Shown here piece by piece: positions 8,905 through 16,879 of a stretch of 32,000 nucleotides of DNA. The stretch's first letter is position 1. Every line of letters starts with the position of its first letter. Origin of the DNA: an uncultured archaeon (GTDB lineage Archaea; Asgardarchaeota; Thorarchaeia; Thorarchaeales; Thorarchaeaceae); contig CAYHAA010000001.1 in NCBI GenBank assembly GCA_964354495.1, positions 60,001-92,000 of the forward strand, written 5' to 3'. Both the position numbers and the translations under genes were made by a program. The notes beneath the pieces are model-generated. The model did no database searches and was not told the origin of the DNA. It was given only the letters and a program-made list of their open reading frames with translations.

Positions 8905-9663
8905 ATGCAGGAGCGATTCGAAACAGAACTCTATGCCTCCATTGCCACGCTTGACCAGCTGAAGAAGCTGTATGACCTGGGCGCTGTTGATATTGGATCA
9001 TTCCAGAGAGAATCACAGGCACTCCTCCAGGAGGTACGGAGCAATATTGATAATCTGAAGCGAAGCGGATTGGATGTCGGAGGCTTCTTTGCAGGTGAAC
9101 GAATATCTGAGGTCTTTCCAGATGCTGCTGACCTTCTCAGGCTCCGCGAGGATGCATCCGCAAGATCCTATCAGGGAATGAATGCCGACCAGTACTATGA
9201 TTACATCGGCTTGGCAATACTTGACGTTGCTACTCAACACGCTTCGAAGGGACTAATGGGACTTGCAGAGCTCATTGTTGAGGTCGTGCGCCGTCTTCCT
9301 GAGATGAAATCTGTTACATACAATGACGTAATCGAGGCAGTCAACCGGGTGTCAGAGAATGGTCTAATTCCTGGTATTCGGACTCTTCGTGGAGGAGTGA
9401 AGGTCGTAGAGCTAAGGCCGCTTGAACTCGGCCGTGAGCAAGCTGATGTGGTCAACTTGGCAGCATCGAAAGGTCATGTTTCAGTTGAAGACGTGATGAT
9501 GCAGCTCAAATGGTCAGAAGACCATGCACGTCAAGTGCTTACAAGTCTCGTAGAGACCGGAATGGCAGTCGCAGATATCCGCTTCTCAACAGGTGGGAGG
9601 TATTATTTCCCTGGTCTTAGAGCACGAGATAAACCTGAAACGCCAAACCAAGGAGCTCACTGA
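8905..9663 (+). CDS. vps22: ESCRT-II Vps22/36 (EAP30) subunit with an N-terminal Vps28N-like ESCRT-I headpiece domain
   Basis: From 9187, DQYYDYIGLAILDV...GLMGLAEL...NDVIEAV...PLELGREQADVVNLAASKGHVSVEDVMMQLKWSEDHARQVLTSLVETGMA...YYFPGL tracks SNF8/Vps22 tandem winged helices. N-terminal ELYASIATLDQLKKLY..GAV..F....LL resembles Vps28. ATG 8905 is preferred over 8851. Confidence 0.9.
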   Translation: MQERFETELYASIATLDQLKKLYDLGAVDIGSFQRESQALLQEVRSNIDNLKRSGLDVGGFFAGERISEVFPDAADLLRLREDASARSYQGMNADQYYDYIGLAILDVATQHASKGLMGLAELIVEVVRRLPEMKSVTYNDVIEAVNRVSENGLIPGIRTLRGGVKVVELRPLELGREQADVVNLAASKGHVSVEDVMMQLKWSEDHARQVLTSLVETGMAVADIRFSTGGRYYFPGLRARDKPETPNQGAH

Positions 9664-10394
9664 GTCGATACCAAGACTGCGCCCTTCTTCCTATCAATCC
9701 ACTCAGCAAACCCTTTCTCTACCATCAGCGCCATAACAATATGAAGATCGTTTTCGGGAAGCTTTGCAAAGCCCTCCTTTGACTCCTGAATCACTATGGA
9801 TTTGACATCTAGTCTTAGCTTTCCAGTCTTCAGGGACCACTCATATATCAGGTCGGCCCAGTCCTCAAGAGGTCTCCAAAAGATTCTGAGTTGCCGTTTT
9901 CGCCTGTCACTCCACTCCGCCACCTCCTTATCGATGAGGGCCTCTGAGATCATCTTGAACGAGTCGACCTTGTTTCTCAGATCCTTGAAAGGAGGTTTAC
10001 TAATGAACGCAGCAAGGGATAGTACATGGATCTGTTTGAGTTCTGCCCATTGAAGCAGATAATCTGACCACTCCTCTGCCCACAGAATCCTATCCTCTTC
10101 TCTTGGAGGAACACCATACATCCATTCACTCTCCTCGGGGCTTCCCCAAGGGGGCATCAGAACGACTGGTGCGCTCTCAAGTCTCTCTACTTCCGTTTCG
10201 TCTGCGACAGCATCATTCTCGGAAACTACTTCAGTCGTTTCGGACTTCTCAACGATGACCTCGGGTGTGTGGATATCATCCTTTATTACAGGAGAGGTCT
10301 CTGCCTCCTGAACTGACCGAACCACCTCAGTGTCTTCTGGTTCTTCCTGGGCTTCTTCTCTTCGTTTCTCTTTCCTCTTCTCTCTCATGCCCAA
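9657..10394 (-). CDS. vps25: ESCRT-II Vps25 subunit with a long charged N-terminal extension
   Basis: AEWSDRRKRQLRIFWRPLEDWADLIYEWSLKTG matches Vps25 LEW.D.....IMWRRPEEWGKLIYQW. The C-terminal winged helix ends KGFAEWID. Confidence 0.9.
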   Translation of the reverse strand: MGMREKRKEKRREEAQEEPEDTEVVRSVQEAETSPVIKDDIHTPEVIVEKSETTEVVSENDAVADETEVERLESAPVVLMPPWGSPEESEWMYGVPPREEDRILWAEEWSDYLLQWAELKQIHVLSLAAFISKPPFKDLRNKVDSFKMISEALIDKEVAEWSDRRKRQLRIFWRPLEDWADLIYEWSLKTGKLRLDVKSIVIQESKEGFAKLPENDLHIVMALMVEKGFAEWIDRKKGAVLVSTQ

Positions 10395-10397
10395 TCT

Positions 10398-11627
10398 CTA
10401 CGAACCCTCCGCCCAGTCAATGTATCTCCTGACATCCTCTGGGGGAGTTGCAGGTCTGATGTTCTCGATGGCACTCAGGAAGTCTTCCCTTGAAACGGGT
10501 CGGATGTCCAAGATCTCTCTCTCGTCGTCCATTCTTCCAGTGCGCTGAAGGTCTCTGATTGGTTCCATCGCTGCTTCTCGGCAGACGATGCTTATGTCTC
10601 TACCACTGTACCCTTCAGTCAGGTCTGCCATCTCTTCATAATCAATAGTTGGAGAGACCTCGATGTCTTCCATATGGGTCTCAAAGATTGCTGTTCTTGC
10701 CTCTCTTCCGGGAAGTGGAACATGTATCTTCTTCTCGAATCTCGACCGAAGAGCAAAGTCTAGCTCCCACGGTAGATTCGTCGCTCCAATCAGAGTGATT
10801 CTGTCTTTTGGATCACTTCCAAGACCCTGAAGCTCTGTGAGTAGTTGGGTCTTGAGTCGCCGTTCTCCTCCTACATCATCTCCAGAGCGCGACACTCCGA
10901 TAGAGTCGAGTTCATCAATAAAGATGATTGCAGGCTGATTCTTCCTGGCCAGTTCAAAGAGGGTCATGACCAAGCGTTCCGACTCTCCCAACCACTTGCT
11001 GACGATGTTCGCAGCAGATACATTGAAGAAAGTCGCATTCACCTCTGATGCCACTGCTTTAGCAATGAGTGTCTTTCCACAGCCGGCTGGTCCATAGAAT
11101 AGGATTCCTCTCCAAGGCTGTCTTGCTTTGCCTTTGAATAGCTCCGGATGTTTCATTGGTGTGACTATTGCATCACTAATCGCCTGTTTTGCATCCTCGA
11201 GTCCTGCGACCTCAGACAGCTTGATCTTGGGCCGTTCAGAGATGATTGTGTCCGAGATCATCTCGCGCAGTCGTTTTCCATCCTCGTCCAGTTCTTGCTC
11301 AACTTTGGATGCCTGCTTGATTGGCGCAGGCTTGGCAGGCCCAAAATCTGCCTTTGGCGGTTCAGCAAGACCATCAACAGGTCCTGCCGATTTCTTCTTA
11401 ATGCCTGAGAGGAACCTGACTCTATCTACGCACTCTTGGGCGCGATTGAAGTAGTGTTTTCTTATGGTTGGAAGAGCAGCTGAGTTTGAGAGCTTTATCA
11501 GTATCTTGCTCGCCTTGAGATATTGTTGGCATGCCTCGTTCTTCATCCCTCTCTGATCGAGTTCTATAGCTCTGTCGAGCAGAGTCTTGAGACCCAGGTC
11601 CAATCTATCACTATCCGATCCGGCCAT
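10398..11627 (-). CDS. vps4: Vps4 AAA+ ATPase with an N-terminal MIT domain
   Basis: MIT helices (LDRAIELDQRG....A..QYLKAS), Walker A GPAGCGKT, pore loop SKWLGESER, Walker B IIFIDELD, and ATNLPWELD. Lies among ESCRT genes. Confidence 0.95.
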   Translation of the reverse strand: MAGSDSDRLDLGLKTLLDRAIELDQRGMKNEACQQYLKASKILIKLSNSAALPTIRKHYFNRAQECVDRVRFLSGIKKKSAGPVDGLAEPPKADFGPAKPAPIKQASKVEQELDEDGKRLREMISDTIISERPKIKLSEVAGLEDAKQAISDAIVTPMKHPELFKGKARQPWRGILFYGPAGCGKTLIAKAVASEVNATFFNVSAANIVSKWLGESERLVMTLFELARKNQPAIIFIDELDSIGVSRSGDDVGGERRLKTQLLTELQGLGSDPKDRITLIGATNLPWELDFALRSRFEKKIHVPLPGREARTAIFETHMEDIEVSPTIDYEEMADLTEGYSGRDISIVCREAAMEPIRDLQRTGRMDDEREILDIRPVSREDFLSAIENIRPATPPEDVRRYIDWAEGS

Positions 11628-11780
11628 GCGCGTTCATGTGTACAATGTGTGTAGGATGTTAAGACTTTCTGTGGCGTTTACACAACGATACACGAGAGCG
11701 CGTTCATGGGAGTAGGTAGCTGCGAAGGTTTAAACGAATAGTCCATCATCAATGATTCAAATTCTTGATTCAGGAGTAAG
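11628..11780. promoter_or_regulatory. Divergent promoter region shared by vps4 and ESCRT-III
   Basis: Plus strand has BRE/TATA-like CGAAGG-TTTAAAC at about 11723-11735 and SD AGGAG before GTG 11781. Minus strand has GAAAG-TCTTAAC at about 11669-11658. An 11-bp direct repeat GCGCGTTCATG occurs at 11628 and 11698. Confidence 0.55.
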
Positions 11781-12398
11781 GTGAAATCTTTGGCTTCAAT
11801 AAGAAAGGCATTTGCCTGGGGTAGGAAGAAACCAGATGTTGGCGAGATTTCCAGTCGTCTAAGAATCCTAAGTAAACAGCTTGCCCGACAGAGAAACAAA
11901 CTCGAGAAAGAGGAACAGGACACCCGCGCCAGAGCTGTACGTGCGAGGAAGGGCGGGCAGACGGATGCATATCGAACTTATGCTACCGAGATGATCCGCT
12001 TCAGACGCTACGCGCTCTCCGTCGACAAGTCACGACTTCAGATTCTAAAGATCCTTGCACACCTGAATCGTGCTCAGACATCGGCAAAGACCTCTCTAGC
12101 TCTTCAAGAAGTAGCGAAGATTCTTGGCATGCTGGGTGAATCTACAGACTCGACAAAAGTCGTCGCGAACGTTGACGAGATTGCTCGGCGCCTTGAAGAA
12201 TTCGAGATTGAAACGAACATATCCGATGAGGCTCTTGACTCCACTATGGAGATTTCGTCTGAAGATCTCACATCTGCAATGCAGGAGATTGACATAGAAG
12301 CGGGTCTTGCAGACGCTGCTGCGGCTAAGAAACCGCTTGGCGAGGTTGAGTCCCTAGAGGATGACATCAAGTCCTTAGAACGTGAGTTGGGGATGTAG
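11781..12398 (+). CDS. ESCRT-III subunit, Vps2/24/46 (CHMP1-3-like) class
   Basis: N-terminal amphipathic helix (SIRKAFAWGRKK), basic helical hairpin RLRILSKQLARQRNKLEKEE...ARKGG...YRTYATEMIR, acidic C-terminal half with MQEIDIEAGL (compare CHMP1 LQEMADEAGL), and a terminal amphipathic MIM1-like helix. Confidence 0.92.
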   Translation: MKSLASIRKAFAWGRKKPDVGEISSRLRILSKQLARQRNKLEKEEQDTRARAVRARKGGQTDAYRTYATEMIRFRRYALSVDKSRLQILKILAHLNRAQTSAKTSLALQEVAKILGMLGESTDSTKVVANVDEIARRLEEFEIETNISDEALDSTMEISSEDLTSAMQEIDIEAGLADAAAAKKPLGEVESLEDDIKSLERELGM

Positions 12399-12402
12399 AG
12401 TA

Positions 12403-14013
12403 TTACCAGAATTGCTCTCTGGACTCTCTCGAGAGTCGCTGAATCTCTCTTCTGTTGAGATAGGAATCTCTCATGAGATCTTTGTACCTTCGAATGAAGT
12501 CTTCTGTCACTAAGCGACCATCTCTCAACAAGTGTACGGTTTCTCGCATAGCTCCATAGATGGACTCCGAGCTTCTTTGAAGGGTATCAATAGATTCACT
12601 TGGTCTGTATTGCATGTTACCATTTTGGGGCTGGTTGCTCCGGCCGATTGTCCTCTCCAAATCCTTTCTGAAGTATTCCGGGGATGCATAACCTGTACCA
12701 TATGGAATCTCCCTTGGTTGAACCTGGGACGTGGACCAAGGTTGGGTTTGGTACCCAAGGTCAGGCCTGATTGCTGTGGCATCATCTTGTCTCTTGTTTG
12801 GTGATAGTAGTGAATAGACCATCCCCTCGATCTTTAGCCTCACATCGCTGATACTGACTTCTTCTTGCTCGATTTTGCGTACTCTCTGCATGTCAGTCTG
12901 GACATACCTATCGAATTTACGAGCAATCTCCACATAGTCTGGTAAGACCTTCTTTGTCTGGTCCGAACAAGATATTCTCACATCGCCCTGCTTGAGCTTC
13001 AGGACTAGCCTCTTTCGAAACCGCCCGTCCTCCTCTATCGACTTCAGATAAAGAAGGGGAAAATCGAAGATTGTCTCCATCTTTCTGCGGACTCTTCCAG
13101 TTTCAGCTAAGAATAGGAGTCTCTTATTGGTCAGGTACAGTGTTCCCAGGGCCTTGTCGTTCTTGAGGAAGTCACTTCCTGCTACTTTCACGTCTGGTAG
13201 GGCGCACACCGGGAGCTCTCCGACAGAGAGCTGGCAATGTTCGTAGAAGTTTGTGAAGTGATTCCTATAGTAGTCGAGACCATCCAATTGCCTCTTGACA
13301 TCCTTCAGGGTGATTCTGAGGGATTCGATTGCCTCGTCAACGTTTTGTTTGTAGTAGATCCCGAGTTCTGTGATTCTGTTGGTTATTCCCTCAATGAATG
13401 GAAATTGGGATACTCTCCAAAGAGCGTATTCGGTGAAGTTCTTGGTCTCCGCAGCCATCCTTCTGGCCACTATCTCTGCCTGACTTCCGATTCGGTTCTT
13501 GATTGCTGGCAGTTCTTCTTGGATTGCCTCTATCTTTTCTTCGAGCCACTTGTAATGGAGGAAATTCGCCATCCTGAGCGACACCAATAGACGCTTAGTG
13601 ACACTGAGTTTGTTGTTGAATTCGCGAAGCTTGGTATGTCCATACTGAATTGTCATGACAGCATGACGCATTTCAAGGGCCAGTGTCCTTCTCTTGTCCT
13701 CAAGGACAACGATCCGCACGGAGTGACATCTAGCGCAGATGTCGATAGTACGCTTACCCCTGGTGAGGTTCTCAGATTTGCACTCAGGGCAGCTCTCGAA
13801 TTTCTCTCCAGGGATTGGTTCTCCAAGAGAGTGGTGACAGTCTCCGCAGACATCGTACTCAGTGGTTCTGCTATCTAAACATTCTGAGCAAAGAGCTGCT
13901 CCACAGTCTTCGCACATATGGGTTGCCCTGTTCTTCTGGCAGGATCGACACAGTTCAGATGTTGCCTCTTCTGTCAACTGAGTACCTCCGGTGGTCACAT
14001 CTACTAGAGGCAT
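12403..14013 (-). CDS. ESCRT-I-like protein: multi-Zn finger, coiled coil, GRAM/GLUE-like PH domain, Pro/aromatic linker, steadiness box (Vps23 core)
   Basis: Six CxxC pairs in residues 22-96, heptad-rich helices, GTLYLTNKRLLFLA (GRAM/GLUE signature), and C-terminal LLRDGRLVTEDFIRRYKDLMRDSYLNR, which aligns with TSG101 ALRRGVIDLDVFLKHVRLLSRKQFQLR as recalled. Confidence 0.8.
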   Translation of the reverse strand: MPLVDVTTGGTQLTEEATSELCRSCQKNRATHMCEDCGAALCSECLDSRTTEYDVCGDCHHSLGEPIPGEKFESCPECKSENLTRGKRTIDICARCHSVRIVVLEDKRRTLALEMRHAVMTIQYGHTKLREFNNKLSVTKRLLVSLRMANFLHYKWLEEKIEAIQEELPAIKNRIGSQAEIVARRMAAETKNFTEYALWRVSQFPFIEGITNRITELGIYYKQNVDEAIESLRITLKDVKRQLDGLDYYRNHFTNFYEHCQLSVGELPVCALPDVKVAGSDFLKNDKALGTLYLTNKRLLFLAETGRVRRKMETIFDFPLLYLKSIEEDGRFRKRLVLKLKQGDVRISCSDQTKKVLPDYVEIARKFDRYVQTDMQRVRKIEQEEVSISDVRLKIEGMVYSLLSPNKRQDDATAIRPDLGYQTQPWSTSQVQPREIPYGTGYASPEYFRKDLERTIGRSNQPQNGNMQYRPSESIDTLQRSSESIYGAMRETVHLLRDGRLVTEDFIRRYKDLMRDSYLNRREIQRLSRESREQFW

Positions 14014-14142
14014 TACCTAAGAAAGACGTGTGTATTACTCAAGCAACATTCCCAATATCTCACGAGACTATGTAAACCGTTGTCCATGCCAGAGAAGTTA
14101 AAACACGCAGTGAAACGCTCAGACTGAGCAAAGGAGATACCT

Positions 14143-15528
14143 ATGGAAGATCTTGCGCGGATTGCCATTGAAACCGCCCTAAAAGCCGGTGCGCGATTTG
14201 CCGATGTGAGATTCGAGAACAGCGCAACAACAATCATAGAACTCAATGACGGTGTCTCCAAACAGTCATTATCATCCCGCCTCAAGGGCGCAGGGATGAG
14301 AGCATTCGTCGATGGTGCGTGGGCATTTGCCCAGACAACTGACCTGACCAGAGATGGTATGAGGTCTATTGGCAAGTCGGTTGCAAAGATGGCTCTCGCA
14401 ACCAGAGAGAAGACCACTGAACGATTTGAGATAGATGGTCCATCATTTCAAGACCGGCTTCATTACAACGCGAAGAAACCCTTCAGCAGTGTTTCCTTAG
14501 ATGAGAAGATGGCATTTGCCAAGATGATCGACGACCAGACACGGGACTATGACAAACGCATCTCTTCGACACGAACTGTCTATACAGACCTCTGGACTGA
14601 GCTCTATGTTGCCAATTCTCTCAGTACAAGTATCTATACCGAAAACGCGATTCCGCGTATCATCTCTGCTCCGACAGCCAAAGATGGCATAAACCGACAA
14701 AGTACATTCAAGTCGTTGAGTGTGCGAGGCGGATACGAAGTCATGAGTGCCAGCGAGGCGCAGAATATCGGGACCGCCGCTGGGAAGCTCGTGATTGACC
14801 TGCTATCTTCTGCGTCTGTCAAGGGCGGAGTCTATGACGTTGTGATGGATCCCATTCTGAATGGCGTGATGGTCCATGAAGCCTTTGGCCATGCTGTTGA
14901 GGCAGACAATTGGCCAGCACATGCGACTGTACTCGAAGACAGGATTGGAACCCAAGTCGGTCCAGAGAATCTGAGCATCACGGATGATCCCACTCTTGAA
15001 GGAATGCGAGGATCCTATGAATATGATTGGGAAGGGACAAGAGCAACAAGAAGACATCTTGTCACGAATGGCACTCTGACTGAGCTACTTCATAGCCTCG
15101 AGACCGCAACAAGACTCGACTTGAAGCCAAATGGTGCTGCAAGGAGCCAGTCGTTCATGCATGAGCCACTACCGAGGATGAGCAACACCTACATGGAAAC
15201 TGGAGACTGGCAGGTCGATGAACTCATCCAAGACACAAAGAACGGCATTATTCTCTGTAGTCCCAACTATGGGTACACACAGTCTGCAAAAGGGCAATTC
15301 ACGTTTCAAGCGAGTTACGGCTATGTGATTGAGAATGGTGAGAAAGGCCAGATGGTCAGAGACGTGTCCCTTGCAGGTAACATCTTGGAAGTGCTTGCCA
15401 AAGTCGATGCGATTTGCAAAGACTTCCTGCTTGATGCAGGAACGTGCAGCAAGGGAGGTCAGGCGGTACCGACAATGGCTGGCGGGCCTCACGCAAGAAT
15501 CAGGAAAGTGCCCGTAGGAGGCATGTAG
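14143..15528 (+). CDS. tldD: TldD metalloprotease subunit
   Basis: HEAFGH zinc motif, DDPT....GSYEYDWEG, PLPRMSNTY, and TCSKGGQAVP. SD AAGGAG upstream. Confidence 0.93.
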   Translation: MEDLARIAIETALKAGARFADVRFENSATTIIELNDGVSKQSLSSRLKGAGMRAFVDGAWAFAQTTDLTRDGMRSIGKSVAKMALATREKTTERFEIDGPSFQDRLHYNAKKPFSSVSLDEKMAFAKMIDDQTRDYDKRISSTRTVYTDLWTELYVANSLSTSIYTENAIPRIISAPTAKDGINRQSTFKSLSVRGGYEVMSASEAQNIGTAAGKLVIDLLSSASVKGGVYDVVMDPILNGVMVHEAFGHAVEADNWPAHATVLEDRIGTQVGPENLSITDDPTLEGMRGSYEYDWEGTRATRRHLVTNGTLTELLHSLETATRLDLKPNGAARSQSFMHEPLPRMSNTYMETGDWQVDELIQDTKNGIILCSPNYGYTQSAKGQFTFQASYGYVIENGEKGQMVRDVSLAGNILEVLAKVDAICKDFLLDAGTCSKGGQAVPTMAGGPHARIRKVPVGGM

Positions 15529-16878
15529 ATGCTCAGCTCTCTGCTTACGATTGGTGAAAAGGCAATCAGGCTTGCTGAAAGAATGGGAGCCAACCAAGCT
15601 GAAGCATATCTGGCTCAGAGCAGATCTTTCGAAATTGCTGCTGAGAACAACGCAATCAAAAGCGCAAGCGAAACGAGAGATGCTGGCATAGGGATTCGGA
15701 CAATTGTCGGCAAGAAGGTAGGTTTTGCCTATGTCACAACGCTCAATGATTCAGACATTGAAGAGGCAGTTACCAACTCAATGAGCCTCGCAAGGGCATC
15801 TATCGCTGATCCTGATTTTGTTACTCTTCCGAATTCGGAGTCATCCTACCATTCGGCGAGAGGCATATTCGATAGGGAACTCGACGAACTCACTTCAGAG
15901 GGGACTGCAGATCTCCTAATTCGAGCAATTCATGCATGCAAGGGGTCGCTCGATAAATGGAACCATGCGATTGAGGCAGCAGTGCAGAGTTCCTCAAGCG
16001 TGAATGCAATCGTAAACTCTCTTGGCATACTCAAGAGTGAGCGGAAAACATCCATCTCTATCTATACATACCCCATCATCAAGGATGGTAAGGATCAGAC
16101 TGCAAGTTATGAATTTCAGGTCTCTCGAAGGTTGAATGAGATTGACCCTGAATGGGTTGGTACGAATGCTGCAGAACTTGTTAGAGGATTCTTACGACCC
16201 AAGACAATCGATGGTGGAGAGATGCCTGTTTTGTTTGCTCCGCTCGGAGCGAGTGCCATCCTTGGGCGTGGATTCGCTGATGCAGTGAATGCTGATGAGG
16301 TCCAAATGGGCAGATCTTACATTGCAGATGCATTAGGCGAGTGCATCGCATCTGAAAAGCTAGAGATAGTTGATGATGGATTGCTACCAAGTGGGATTGG
16401 CACACGATCGTTCGATGCAGAAGGATTCCCATCGCAGCGGACGCCAGTCATCAAAGATGGTGTCCTCAAGAGCCTCCTTCACAACTCCTACACAGCCAAC
16501 AAAGAGAATGTAGATAACACTGGCAATGCCAGCAGACCTTCCTACTCAGGACTGCCAGGCATCTCTACGACCAACTTCGTCGTGTCCCCAGGGAAGGGTG
16601 ACCTCAACGAACTCATTACAGAGCTTGATGAGGGCGTCGTCTGCAGGAACACTGGCGATAGTCCTAACCTGACTACTGGCGACCTCAGTGCTATGATTAG
16701 TGAGGGCTACTATGTCAAGAATGGTGAGATTCAGCACTCACTCAAGAACACTCTAATCGGAATCAACATGCGTGATCTCTTGAAGAGGATAAGCCATGTT
16801 GGAAATGACAGTCGAACGACATTTTCGATGGTCACACCTTCTATCGTTATCGAAAGTGCAAGCATCACGTCAGGATGA
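15529..16878 (+). CDS. pmbA: PmbA/TldE partner subunit
   Basis: Directly abuts tldD. GIGIRTIVGKKVGFAY, RSFDAEGFPSQRT and LHNSYTA are present; the HExxxH motif is absent. Confidence 0.92.
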   Translation: MLSSLLTIGEKAIRLAERMGANQAEAYLAQSRSFEIAAENNAIKSASETRDAGIGIRTIVGKKVGFAYVTTLNDSDIEEAVTNSMSLARASIADPDFVTLPNSESSYHSARGIFDRELDELTSEGTADLLIRAIHACKGSLDKWNHAIEAAVQSSSSVNAIVNSLGILKSERKTSISIYTYPIIKDGKDQTASYEFQVSRRLNEIDPEWVGTNAAELVRGFLRPKTIDGGEMPVLFAPLGASAILGRGFADAVNADEVQMGRSYIADALGECIASEKLEIVDDGLLPSGIGTRSFDAEGFPSQRTPVIKDGVLKSLLHNSYTANKENVDNTGNASRPSYSGLPGISTTNFVVSPGKGDLNELITELDEGVVCRNTGDSPNLTTGDLSAMISEGYYVKNGEIQHSLKNTLIGINMRDLLKRISHVGNDSRTTFSMVTPSIVIESASITSG

Positions 16879-16879
16879 A

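Noticed and set aside
10398-11627. Calling the ATPase Cdc48, PAN or a generic AAA protein
   Set aside because: A single AAA domain with an MIT N-terminus, the PWELD motif and ESCRT neighbours support Vps4.
13726-14013. Calling the Zn/coiled-coil protein a TRIM E3 ligase or a FYVE protein
   Set aside because: It has no RING domain, none of the terminal His ligands typical of a B-box, and no R(R/K)HHCR patch.
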